Positions 44,901 to 59,600 of a DNA stretch of 64,000 nucleotides are shown piece by piece (positions within the stretch are counted from its first letter, which is position 1; each line of letters begins with the position of its first letter). The position numbers and the translations under genes were made by a program. The notes below the pieces were generated by a model. The model was not told the origin of the DNA. It saw only the letters and a list, made by a program, of their open reading frames with translations, and did no database searches. Location of the stretch: assembly GCF_009914755.1 (NCBI RefSeq), contig NC_060939.1. One strand, written 5' to 3'. The stretch is from the human T2T-CHM13v2.0 reference genome, Homo sapiens.

Positions 44901-47500
44901 ATTTCATTGCATTCCATTCTATTCAACTCTATTGCCTTCCATTCCATTCCATTCGATTACATTCCATGCGATTCCATTCGAAATCGAATCAATTACATTG
45001 CAATCCATTACTATTGAGTCCGTTTTATTCCAGTCCACTGCATTCTGTTCCATTCCATTTGATTCCATTCCATTCTATTCCATTCCATACAGTTGCATTC
45101 CATTGGATTCCATGCTATATCTATAAATTCAATTCGAGACCATTGCTTTTGAGTCCATTCTATATGATTCCATTCCATTCAAGTCCATTACATTTGGTTC
45201 AATTCCATTCCATTCCATTCCCTTCCATTCCATTCCATTTGATATCAATCCATTCGATTCCATTCCATTCGAGCACATTCCATTCGAGTCCATTCCATTC
45301 GATGCCATTCCATTTGATTCTATTCCATTAGTCTCCATTCAATTCCATTAATCTCCATTCCATTCCATTCTACTCCAACTGATTCCATTCCATTCTATTC
45401 CTTTCCATTCCATTTCATTCCATTCCATTCCATTCCATTCCATTCCATTCCATTCGCTTGCATTCCATTCGTGTCCATTCCACTCCATTCCATTCCATTC
45501 GTGTCCATTCCATTCCAGTCCATTCCATTTGTGTCCACTGCATTCCATTCCACTCCATTCCATATTATTCCATTACACTCCATTCCATTCTATTACTTTC
45601 ATTTCCATTCAATTCCATTCCATTTGATTCCATTCCACTCGGTTTCATTCCATTTGAGTCCACTCCATTCCATTCCATTCCATTCAGTTCCATTCCATTC
45701 TGTTCCATTCCATTCCGTTCCGTTACATTCCATTCCATTCGGTACCATTCCATATTGTTCCATTCGATTCCATTCGAATCCATTCCATTCCAGTCCATTC
45801 CATTCGATTCCATTCCATTCATTTCAATTCCATTCCATTCCATTCCATTACATTCCACTTGATTCCTCTCCATTCCCTTCCACTGCATTCCGTTCGATTC
45901 CATTCCATTGCATTGCATTCCATTCCATTGGATTGCATTCCATTCGATTCCATTCCATTTGAATCAATTACATAGCAATCCATTACATTCGAGTCTATTC
46001 TCTTCCGTTCCATTCGGTTTCGTTCCAATCCATTCGATTCCATTCCATTCGATTCCATTCCATACTATTGCATTCCATTCGATTACATTATATTCGAATA
46101 AGTTCCATTCAAGACCATTTCTTTTGAGTCCATTCTATTTGAGTCCATTCCCTTTGATTCCATAACATTTGAGTCCATTCAATTCCATTCCTTTCGTTTC
46201 CATTCCATTTGATGCCATTCCATTCAATTCTGTTCTACTCGACTCCAATACATTCAATTCCATTCCATCCGATTCCATTACATTCTTTTCATTTCTTATC
46301 CATTTCAAGCCATTCCTCTCCATTCCATTCCACTCGTTTCCTTTCCATTCGAGTCCATTCCTCTCCAGTCCATTCCGTTCAATCCATTCCATTCCAGTCC
46401 ATTCCATTCGAGTCCGTTCCATTCCAGTCCATTCCATTCGAGTCAATTCCATTCCATTCGATGTCTTTCCATAACGATCCATTCCATTCTATTCCTTTCG
46501 ATTCCATTCCATTCTATTTCATTCCATTCGATTCCCTTCCATTGGACTCCTTTCCATTCGAGTGCATTCCATTCCGTTCCATTTCTTTCCGTTCTGTACG
46601 ATTCCTACCGTTCGATTTCATTTTGTTCCAGTCCATTCCTTTCGCGTCCATTCCATTCCATTTCACTCCATTCGATTCCATTCCACTCGATTCCACTTCG
46701 TTCCATTTCATTGCATTCCATTCTATTCAACTCTATTGCCTTCCATTCCATTCCATTCGATTACATTCCATGCGATTCCATTCGAAATCGAATCAATTAC
46801 ATTGCAATCCATTACTATTGAGTCCATTTTATTCCAGTCCACTGCATTCTGGTCCATTCCATTTGATTCCATTCCATTCTATTCCATTCCATACAGTTGC
46901 ATTCCATTGGATTCCATTCTATATCTATAAATTCAATTCGAGACCATTGCTTTTGAGTCCATTCTATATGATTCCATTCCATTCAAGTCCATTACATTTG
47001 GTTCAATTCCATTTCATTCCATTCCCTAACATTCCATTCCAGTTGATATCAATCCATTCGATTCCATTCCATTCGAGCACATTCCATTCGAGTCCATTCC
47101 ATTCGATGCCATTCCATTTGATTCTATTCCATTACTCTCCATTCAATTCCATTAATCTCCATTCCATTCCATTCTACTCCAACTGATTCCATTCCATTCT
47201 ATTCCTTTCCATTCCATTTCATTCCATTCCATTCCATTTCATTCCATTCCATTCCATTCGCTTCCATTCCATTCGTGTCCATTCCACTCCAGTCCATTCC
47301 ATTCGTGTCCATTCCATTCCAGTCCATTCCATTTGTGTCCACTGCATTCCATTCCACTCCATTCCATATTATTCCATTACACTCCATTCCATTCTATTAC
47401 TTTCATTTCCATTCAATTCCATTCCATTTGATTCCATTCCACTCGGTTTCATTCCATTTGAGTCCACTCCATTCCATTCCATTGCATTCCATTCAGTTCC
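42000..47500 (+). repeat. Cryptic segmental duplication II, copy 2
   Basis: TTCAACTCC (42251), 15-bp deletion (~43700), GAGTCATTCC 1-bp deletion (44551), TTCTGTTCC (45045) and CGGTTTCG (46016) mirror 20657-24425. Confidence 0.9.
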
Positions 47501-49689
47501 ATTCCATTCTGTTCCATTCCATTCCGTTCCATTACATTCCATTCCATTCGGTACCATTCCATATTGTTCCATTCGATTCCATTCGAATCCATTCCATTCC
47601 AGTCCATTCCATTCGATTCCATTCCATTCATTTCAATTCCATTCCATTCCATTCCATTACATTCCACTTGATTCCTCTCCATTCCCTTCCACTGCATTCC
47701 GTTCGATTCCATTCCATTGCATTGCATTCCATTCCATTGGATTGCATTCCATTCGATTCCATTCCATTCGAATCAATTACATAGCAATCCATTACATTCG
47801 AGTCTATTCTATTCCGTTCCATTCGATTTCGTTCCAATCCATTCGATTCCATTCCATTCGATTCCATTCCATACTATTGCATTCCATTCGATTACATTAT
47901 ATTCGAATAAGTTCCATTGAAGACCATTTCTTTTGAGTCCATTCTATTTGAGTCCATTCCCTTTGATTCCATAACATTTGAGTCCATTCAATTCCATTCC
48001 TTTCGTTTCCATTCCATTTGATGCCATTCCATTCAATTCTGTTCTACTCGACTCCAATACATTCAATTCCATTCCATCCGATTCCATTACATTCTTTTCA
48101 TTTCTTATCCATTTCAAGCAATTCCACTCCATTCCATTCCACTCGTTTCCTTTCCATTCGAGTCCATTCCTCTCCAGTCCATTCCGTTCAATCCATTCCA
48201 TTTCAGTCCATTCCATTCGAGTCCGTTCCATTCCAGTCCATTCCATTCGAGTCAATTCCATTCCATTCGATGTCTTTCCATAACGATCCATTCCATTCTA
48301 TTCCTTTCGATTCCATTCCATTCTATTTCATTCCATTCGATTCCCTTCCATTGGACTCCTTTCCATTCGAGTGCATTCCATTCCGTTCCATTTATTTCCG
48401 TTCTGTACGATTCCTACCGTTCGATTTCATTTTGTTCCAGTCCATTCCTTTCGCGTCCATTCCATTCCATTTCACTCCATTCGATTCCATTCCACTCGAT
48501 TCCACTCCGTTCCATTTCATTGCATTCCATTCTATTCAACTCTATTGCCTTCCATTCCATTCCATTCGATTACATTCCATGCGATTCCATTCGAAATCGA
48601 ATCAATTACATTGCAATCCATTACTATTGAGTCCGTTTTATTCCAGTCCACTGCATTCTGGTCCATTCCATTTGATTCCATTCCATTCTATTCCATTCCA
48701 TACAGTTGCATTCCATTGGATTCCATGCTATATCTATAAATTCAATTCGAGACCATTGCTTTTGAGTCCATTCTATATGATTCCATTCCATTCAAATCCA
48801 TTACTTTTGGTTCAATTCCATTCCATTCCATTCCCTTCCATTCCATTCCATTTGATATCAATCCATTCGATTCCATTCCATTCGAGCACATTCCATTCGA
48901 GTCCATTCCATTCGATGCCATTCCATTTGATTCTATTCCATTAGTCTCCATTCAATTCCATTAATCTCCATTCCATTCCATTCTACTCCAACTGATTCCA
49001 TTCCATTCTATTCCTTTCCATTCCATTTCATTCCATTCCATTCCATTTCATTCCATTCCATTCCATTCGTGTCCATTCCACTCCAGTCCATTCCATTCGT
49101 GTCCATTCCATTCCAGTCCATTCCATTTGTGTCCACTGCATTCCATTCCACTCCATTCCATATTATTCCATTACACTCCATTCCATTCTATCACTTTCAT
49201 TTCCATTCAATTCCATTCCATTTGATTCCATTCCACTCGGTTTCATTCCATTTGAGTCCACTCCATTCCATTCCATTGCATTCCATTCAGTTCCATTCCA
49301 TTCTGTTCCATTCCATTCCGTTCCATTACATTCCATTCCATTCGGTACCATTCCATATTGTTCCATTCGATTCCATTCGAATCCATTCCATTCCAGTCCA
49401 TTCCATTCGATTCCATTCCATTCATTTCAATTCCATTCCATTCCATTCCATTACATTCCACTTGATTCCTCTCCATTCCCTTCCACTGCATTCCGTTCGA
49501 TTCCATTCCATTGCATTGCATTCCATTCCATTGGATTGCATTCCATTCGATTCCATTCCATTCGAATCAATTACATAGCAATCCATTACATTCGAGTCTA
49601 TTCTCTTCCGTTCCATTCGATTTCGTTCCAATCCATTCGATTCCATTCCATTCGATTCCATTCCATACTATTGCATTCCATTCGATTAC

Positions 49690-50620
49690 ATTCTATTCGA
49701 ATAAGTTCCATTCAAGACCATTTCTTTTGAGTCCATTCTATTTGAGTCCATTCCCTTTGATTCCATAACATTTGAGTCCATTCAATTCCATTCCTTTCGT
49801 TTCCATTCCATTTGATGCCATTCCATTCAATTCTGTTCTAGTCGACTCCAATACACTCAATTCCATTCCATCCGATTCCATTACATTCTTTTCATTTCTT
49901 ATCCATTTCAAGCCATTCCACTCCATTCCATTCCACTCGTTTCCTTTCCATTCGAGTCCATTCCTCTCCAGTCCATTCCGTTCAATCCATTCCATTCCAG
50001 TCCATTCCATTCGAGTCCGTTCCATTCCAGTCCATTCCATTCGAGTCAATTCCATTCCATTCGATGTCTTTCCATAACGATCCATTCCATTCTATTCCTT
50101 TCGATTCCATTCCATTCTATTTCATTCCATTCGATTCCCTTCCATTGGACTCCTTTCCATTCGAGTGCATTCCATTCCTTTCCATTTCTTTCCGTTCTGT
50201 ACGATTCCTACCGTTCGATTTCATTTTGTTCCAGTCCATTCCTTTCGCGTCCATTCCATTCCATTTCACTCCATTCGGTTCCATTCCACTCGATTCCACT
50301 TCGTTCCATTTCATTGCATTCCATTCTATTCAACTCTATTGCCTTCCATTCCATTCCATTCGATTACATTCCATGCGATTCCATTCGAAATCGAATCAAT
50401 TACATTGCAATCCATTACTATTGAGTCCGTTTTATTCCAGTCCACTGCATTCTGGTCCATTCCATTTGATTCCATTCCATTCTATTCCATTCCATACAGT
50501 TGCATTCCATTGGATTCCATGCTATATCTATAAATTCAATTCGAGACCATTGCTTTTGAGTCCATTCTATATGATTCCATTCCATTCAAGTCCATTACAT
50601 TTGGTTCAATTCCATTCCAT
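49690..50620 (+). repeat. SalI-marked direct repeat, left copy (partner 60540-61470)
   Basis: Private variants ACATTCTATTCGAA (49693), GTCGAC (49841) and CCATTCGGTTCCATTCCACT (50278) recur at +10850. Confidence 0.9.
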
Positions 50621-53600
50621 TCGGTTCAATTCCATTCCATTCCATTCCCTTCCATTCCATTCCAGTTGATATCAATCCATTCGATTCCATTCCATTCGAG
50701 CACATTCCATTCGAGTCCATTCCATTCGATGCCATTCCATTTGATTCTATTCCATTAGTCTCCATTCAATTCCATTAATCTCCATTCCATTCCATTCTAC
50801 TCCAACTGATTCCATTCCATTCTATTCCTTTCCATTCCATTTCATTCCATTCCATTCCATTCCATTCCATTCCATTCCATTCCATTCGTGTCCATTCCAC
50901 TCCAGTCCATTCCATTCGTATCCATTCCATTCCAGTCCATTCCATTTGTGTCCACTGCATTCCATTCCACTCCATTCCATATTATTCCATTACACTCCAT
51001 TCCACTCTATTACTTTCATTTCCATTCAATTCCATTCCATTTGATTCCATTCCACTCGGTTTCATTCCATTTGAGTCCACTCCATTCCATTCCATTCCAT
51101 TCAGTTCCATTCCATTCTGTTCCATTCCATTCCGTTCCATTACATTCCATTCCATTCGGTACCATTCCATATTGTTCCATTCGATTCCATTCGAATCCAT
51201 TCCATTCCAGTCCATTCCATTCGATTCCATTCCATTCATTTCAATTCCATTCCATTCCATTCCATTACATTCCACTTGATTCCTCTCCATTCCCTTCCAC
51301 TGCATTCCGTTCGATTCCATTCCATTGCATTGCATTCCATTCCATTGGATTGCATTCCATTCGATTCCATTCCATTCGAATCAATTACATAGCAATCCAT
51401 TACATTCGAGTCTATTCTCTTCCGTTCCATTCGATTTCGTTCCAATCCATTCGAATCCATTCCATTCGATTCCATTCCATACTATTGCATTCCATTCGAT
51501 TACATTATATTCGAATAAGTTCCATTCAAGACCATTTCTTTTGAGTCCATTCTATTTGAGTCCATTCCCTTTGATTCCATAACATTTGAGTCCATTCAAT
51601 TCCATTCCTTTCGTTTCCATTCCATTTGATGCCATTCCATTCAATTCTGTTCTACTCGACTCCAATACATTCAATTCCATTCCATCCGATTCCATTACAT
51701 TCTTTTCTTTCCTTATCCATTTCAAGCCATTCCACTCCATTCCATTCCACTCGTTTCCTTTCCATTCGAGTCCATTCCTCTCCAGTCCATTCCGTTCAAT
51801 CCATTCCATTCCAGTCCATTCCATTCGAGTCCGTTCCATTCCAGTCCATTCCATTCGAGTCAATTCCATTCCATTCGATGTCTTTCCATAACGATCCATT
51901 CCATTCTATTCCTTTCGATTCCATTCCATTCTATTTCATTCCATTCGATTCCCTTCCATTGGACTCCTTTCCATTCGAGTGCATTCCATTCCGTTCCATT
52001 TCTTTCCGTTCTGTACGATTCCTACCGTTCGATTTCATTTTGTTCCAGTCCATTCTTTCGCGTCCATTCCATTCCATTTCACTCCATTCGATTCCATTCC
52101 ACTCGATTCCACTTCGTTCCATTTCATTGCATTCCATTCTATTCAACTCTATTGCCTTCCATTCCATTCCATTCGATTACATTCCATGCGATTCCATTCG
52201 AAATCGAATCAATTACATTGCAATCCATTACTATTGAGTCCGTTTTATTCCAGTCCACTGCATTCTGGTCCATTCCATTTGATTCCATTCCATTCTATTC
52301 CATTCCATACAGTTGCATTCCATTGGATTCCATGCTATATCTATAAATTCAATTCGAGACCACTGCTTTTGAGTCCATTCTATATGATTCCATTCCATTC
52401 AAGTCCATTACATTTGGTTAAATTCCATTCCATTCGGTTCAATTCCATTCCATTCCATTCCCTTCCATTCCATTCCAGTTGATATCAATCCATTCGATTC
52501 CATTCCATTCGAGCACATTCCATTCGAGTCCATTCCATTCGATGCCATTCCATTTGATTCTATTCCATTAGTCTCCATTCAATTCCATTAATCTCCATTC
52601 CATTCCATTCTACTCCAACTGATTCCATTCCATTCTATTCCTTTTTATTCCATTTCATTCCATTCCATTCCATTCCATTCCATTCCATTCGTGTCCATTC
52701 CACTCCAGTCCATTCCATTCGTATCCATTCCATTCCAGTCCATTCCATTTGTGTCCACTGCATTCCATTCCACTCCATTCCATATTATTCCATTACACTC
52801 CATTCCATTCTATTACTTTCATTTCCATTCAATTCCATTCCATTTGATTCCATTCCACTCGGTTTCATTCCATTTGAGTCCACTCCATTCCATTCCATTC
52901 CATTCAGTTCCATTCCATTCTGTTCCATTCCATTCCGTTCCATTACATTCCATTCCATTCGGTACCATTCCATATTGTTCCATTCGATTCCATTCGAATC
53001 CATTCCATTCCAGTCCATTCCATTCGATTCCATTCCATTCATTTCAATTCCATTCCATTCCATTCCATTACATTCCACTTGATTCCTCTCCATTCCCTTC
53101 CACTGCATTCCGTTCGATTCCATTCCATTGCATTGCATTCCATTCCATTGGATTGCATTCCATTCGATTCCATTCCATTCGAATCAATTACATAGCAATC
53201 CATTACATTCGAGTCTATTCTCTTCCGTTCCATTCGATTTCGTTCCAATCCATTCGATTCCATTCCATTCGATTCCATTCCATACTATTGCATTCCATTC
53301 GATTACATTATATTCGAATAAGTTCCATTCAAGACCATTTCTTTTGAGTCCATTCTATTTGAGTCCATTCCCTTTGATTCCATAACATTTGAGTCCATTC
53401 AATTCCATTCCTTTCGTTTCCATTCCATTTGATGCCATTCCATTCAATTCTGTTCTACTCGACTCCAATACATTCAATTCCATTCCATCCGATTCCATTA
53501 CATTCTTTTCATTTCTTATCCATTTCAAGCCATTCCACTCCATTCCATTCCACTCGTTTCCTTTCCATTCGAGTCCATTCCTCTCCAGTCCATTCCGTTC

Positions 53601-56600
53601 AATCCATTCCATTCCAGTCCATTCCATTCGAGTCCGTTCCATTCCAGTCCATTCCATTCGAGTCAATTCCATTCCATTCGATGTCTTTCCATAACGATCC
53701 ATTCCATTCTATTCCTTTCGATTCCATTCCATTCTATTTCATTCCATTCGATTCCCTTCCATTGGACTCCTTTCCATTCGAGTGCATTCCATTCCGTTCC
53801 ATTTCTTTCCGTTCTGTACGATTCCTACCGTTCGATTTCATTTTCTTCCAGTCCATTCTTTCGCGTCCATTCCATTCCATTTCACTCCATTCGATTCCAT
53901 TCCACCCGATTCCACTTCGTTCCATTTCATTGCATTCCATTCTATTCAACTCTATTGCCTTCCATTCCATTCCATTCGATTACATTCCATGCGATTCCAT
54001 TCGAAATCGAATCAATTACATTGCAATCCATTACTATTGAGTCCGTTTTATTCCAGTCCACTGCATTCTGGTCCATTCCATTTGATTCCATTCCATTCTA
54101 TTCCATTCCATACAGTTGCATTCCATTGGATTCCATGCTATATCTATAAATTCAATTCGAGACCATTGCTTTTGAGTCCATTCTATATGATTCCATTCCA
54201 TTCAAGTCCATTACATTTGGTTCAATTCCATTCCATTCCATTCCCTTCCATTCCATTCCAGTTGATATCAATCCATTCGATTCCATTCCATTCGAGCACA
54301 TTCCATTCGAGTCCATTCCATTCGATGCCATTCCATTTGATTCTATTCCATTAGTCTCCATTCAATTCCATTAATCTCCATTCCATTCCATTCTACTCCA
54401 ACTGATTCCATTCCATTCTATTCCTTTCCATTCCATTTCATTCCATTCCATTCCATTTCATTCCATTCCATTCCATTCGTGTCCATTCCACTCCAGTCCA
54501 TTCCATTCGTGTCCATTCCATTCCAGTCCATTCCATTTGTGTCCACTGCATTCCATTCCACTCCATTCCATATTATTCCATTACACTCCATTCCATTCTA
54601 TTACTTTCATTTCCATTCAATTCCATTCCATTTGATTCCATTCCACTCGGTTTCATTCCATTTGAGTCCACTCCATTCCATTCCATTCCATTCAGTTCCA
54701 TTCCATTCTGTTCCATTCCATTCCGTTCCATTACATTCCATTCCATTCGGTACCATTCCATATTGTTCCATTCGATTCCATTCGAATCCATTCCATTCCA
54801 GTCCATTCCATTCGATTCCATTCCATTCATTTCAATTCCATTCCATTCCATTCCATTACATTCCACTTGATTCCTCTCCATTCCCTTCCACTGCATTCCG
54901 TTCGATTCCATTCCATTGCATTGCATTCCATTCCATTGGATTGCATTCCATTGGATTGCATTCCATTCGATTCCATTCCATTCGAATCAATTACGTAGCA
55001 ATCCATTACATTCGAGTCTATTCTCTTCCGTTCCATTCGATTTCGTTCCAATCCATTCGATTCCATTCCATTCGATTCCATTCCATACTATTGCATTCCA
55101 TTCGATTACATTATATTCGAATAAGTTCCATTCAAGACCATTTCTTTTGAGTCCATTCTATTTGAGTCCATTCCCTTTGATTCCATAACATTTGAGTCCA
55201 TTCAATTCCATTCCTTTCGTTTCCATTCCATTTGATGCCATTCCATTCAATTCTGTTCTACTCGACTCCAATACATTCAATTCCATTCCATCCGATTCCA
55301 TTACATTCTTTTCATTTCTTATCCATTTCAAGCCATTCCACTCCATTCCATTCCACTCGTTTCCTTTCCATTCGAGTCCATTCCTCTCCAGTCCATTCCG
55401 TTCAATCCATTCCATTCCAGTCCATTCCATTCGAGTCCGTTCCATTCCAGTCCATTCCATTCGAGTCAATTCCATTCCATTCGATGTCTTTCCATAACGA
55501 TCCATTCCATTCTATTCCTTTCGATTCCATTCCATTCTATTTCATTCCATTCGATTCCCTTCCATTGGACTCCTTTCCATTCGAGTGCATTCCATTCCGT
55601 TCCATTTCTTTCCGTTCTGTACGATTCCTACCGTTCGATTTCATTTTGTTCCAGTCCATTCCTTTCGCGTCCATTCCATTCCATTTCACTCCATTCGATT
55701 CCATTCCACTCGATTCCACTTCGTTCCATTTCATTGCATTCCATTCTATTCAACTCTATTGCCTTCCATTCCATTCCATTCGATTACATTCCATGCGATT
55801 CCATTCGAAATCGAATCAATTACATTGCAATCCATTACTATTGAGTCCGTTTTATTCCAGTCCACTGCATTCTGGTCCATTCCATTTGATTCCATTCCAT
55901 TCTATTCCATTCCATACAGTTGCATTCCATTGGATTCCATGCTATATCTATAAATTCAATTCGAGACCATTGCTTTTGAGTCCATTCTATATGATTCCAT
56001 TCCATTCAAGTCCATTACATTTGGTTAAATTCCATTCCATTCGGTTCAATTCCATTCCATTCCATTCCCTTCCATTCCATTCCAGTTGATATCAATCCAT
56101 TCGATTCCATTCCATTCGAGCACATTCCATTCGAGTCCATTCCATTCGATGCCATTCCATTTGATTCTATTCCATTAGTCTCCATTCAATTCCATTAATC
56201 TCCATTCCATTCCATTCTACTCCAACTGATTCCATTCCATTCTATTCCTTTCCATTCCATTTCATTCCATTCCATTCCATTGCATTCCATTCCATTCCAT
56301 TCCATTCGTGTCCATTCCACTCCAGTCCATTCCATTCGTATCCATTCCATTCCAGTCCATTCCATTTGTGTCCACTGCATTCCATTCCACTCCATTCCAT
56401 ATTATTCCATTACACTCCATTCCATTCTATTACTTTCATTTCCATTCAATTCCATTCCATTTGATTCCATTCCACTCGGTTTCATTCCATTTGAGTCCAC
56501 TCCATTCCATTCCATTCCATTCAGTTCCATTCCATTCTGTTCCATTCCATTCCGTTCCATTACATTCCATTCCATTCGGTACCATTCCATATTGTTCCAT

Positions 56601-59600
56601 TCGATTCCATTCGAATCCGTTCCATTCCAGTCCATTCCATTCGATTCCATTCCATTCATTTCAATTCCATTCCATTCCATTCCATTACATTCCACTTGAT
56701 TCCTCTCCATTCCCTTCCACTGCATTCCGTTCGATTCCATTCCATTGCATTGCATTCCATTCCATTGGATTGCATTCCATTCGATTCCATTCCATTCGAA
56801 TCAATTACATAGCAATCCATTACATTCGAGTCTATTCTCTTCCGTTCCATTCGATTTCGTTCCAATCCATTCGATTCCATTCCATTCGATTCCATTCCAT
56901 ACTATTGCATTCCATTCGATTACATTATATTCGAATAAGTTCCATTCAAGACCATTTCTTTTGAGTCCATTCTATTTGAGTCCATTCCCTTTGATTCCAT
57001 AACATTTGAGTCCATTCAATTCCATTCCTTTCGTTTCCATTCCATTTGATGCCATTCCATTCAATTCTGTTCTACTCGACTCCAATACATTCAATTCCAT
57101 TCCATCCGATTCCATTACATTCTTTCCATTTCTTATCCATTTCAAGCCATTCCACTCCATTCCATTCCACTCGTTTCCTTTCCATTCGAGTCCATTCCTC
57201 TCCAGTCCATTCCGTTCAATCCATTCCATTCCAGTCCATTCCATTCGAGTCCGTTCCATTCCAGTCCATTCCATTCGAGTCAATTCCATTCCATTCGATG
57301 TCTTTCCATAACGATCCATTCCATTCTATTCCTTTCGATTCCATTCCATTCTATTTCATTCCATTCGATTCCCTTCCATTGGACTCCTTTCCATTCGAGT
57401 GCATTCCATTCCGTTCCATTTCTTTCCGTTCTGTACGATTCCTACCGTTCGATTTCATTTTCTTCCAGTCCATTCTTTCGCGTCCATTCCATTCCCTTTC
57501 ACTCCATTCGATTCCATTCCACTCGATTCCACTTCGTTCCATTTCATTGCATTCCATTCTATTCAACTCTATTGCCTTCCATTCCATTCCATTCGATTAC
57601 ATTCCATGCGATTCCATTCGAAATCGAATCAATTACATTGCAATCCATTACTATTGAGTCCGTTTTATTCCAGTCCACTGCATTCTGGTCCATTCCATTT
57701 GATTCCATTCCATTCTATTCCATTCCATACAGTTGCATTCCATTGGATTCCATGCTATATCTATAAATTCAATTCGAGACCATTGCTTTTGAGTCCATTC
57801 TATATGATTCCATTCCATTCAAGTCCATTACATTTGGTTAAATTCCATTCCATTCGGTTCAATTCCATTCCATTCCATTCCCTTCCATTCCATTCCAGTT
57901 GATATCAATCCATTCGATTCCATTCCATTCGAGCACATTCCATTCGAGTCCATTCCATTCGATGCCATTCCATTTGATTCTATTCCATTAGTCTCCATTC
58001 AATTCCATTAATCTCCATTCCATTCCATTCTACTCCAACTGATTCCATTCCATTCTATTCCTTTCCATTCCATTTCATTCCATTCCATTCCATTCCATTC
58101 CATTCCATTCCATTCGTGTCCATTCCACTCCAGTCCATTCCATTCGTATCCATTCCATTCCAGTCCATTCCATTTGTGTCCACTGCATTCCATTCCACTC
58201 CATTCCATATTATTCCATTACACTCCATTCCATTCTATTACTTTCATTTCCATTCAATTCCATTCCATTTGATTCCATTCCACTCGGTTTCATTCCATTT
58301 GAGTCCACTCCATTCCATTCCATTCCATTCAGTTCCATTCCATTCTGTTCCATTCCATTCCGTTCCATTACATTCCATTCCATTCGGTACCATTCCATAT
58401 TGTTCCATTCGATTCCATTCGAATCCATTCCATTCCAGTCCATTCCATTCGATTCCATTCCATTCATTTCAATTCCATTCCATTCCATTACATTACATTC
58501 CACTTGATTCCTCTCCATTCCCTTCCACTGCATTCCGTTCGATTCCATTCCATTGCATTGCATTCCATTCCATTGGATTGCATTCCATTCGATTCCATTC
58601 CATTCGAATCAATTACATAGCAATCCATTACATTCGAGTCTATTCTATTCCGTTCCATTCGATTTCGTTCCAATCCATTCGATTCCATTCCATTCGATTC
58701 CATTCCATACTATTGCATTCCATTCGATTACATTATATTCGAATAAGTTCCATTCAAGACCATTTCTTTTGAGTCCATTCTATTTGAGTCCATTCCCTTT
58801 GATTCCATAACATTTGAGTCCATTCAATTCCATTCCTTTCGTTTCCATTCCATTTGATGCCATTCCATTCAATTCTGTTCTACTCGACTCCAATACATTC
58901 AATTCCATTCCATCCGATTCCATTACATTCTTTTCATTTCTTATCCATTTCAAGCCATTCCACTCCATTCCATTCCACTCGTTTCCTTTCCATTCGAGTC
59001 CATTCCTCTCCAGTCCATTCCGTTCAATCCATTCCATTCCCGTCCATTCCATTCGAGTCCGTTCCATTCCAGTCCATTCCATTCGAGTCAATTCCATTCC
59101 ATTCGATGTCTTTCCATAACGATCCATTCCATTCTATTCCTTTCGATTCCATTCCATTCTATTTCATTCCATTCGATTCCCTTCCATTGGACTCCTTTCC
59201 ATTCGAGTGCATTCCATTCCGTTCCATTTCTTTCCGTTCTGTACGATTCCTACCGTTCGATTTCATTTTGTTCCAGTCCATTCTTTCGCGTCCATTCCAT
59301 TCCATTTCACTCCATTCGATTCCATTCCACTCGATTCCACTTCGTTCCATTTCATTGCATTCCATTCTATTCAACTCTATTGCCTTCCATTCCATTCCAT
59401 TCGATTACATTCCATGCGATTCCATTCGAAATCGAATCAATTACATTGCAATCCATTACTATTGAGTCCGTTTTATTCCAGTCCACTGCATTCTGGTCCA
59501 TTCCATTTGATTCCATTCCATTCTATTCCATTCCATACAGTTGCATTCCATTGGATTCCATGCTATATCTATAAATTCAATTCGAGACCATTGCTTTTGA

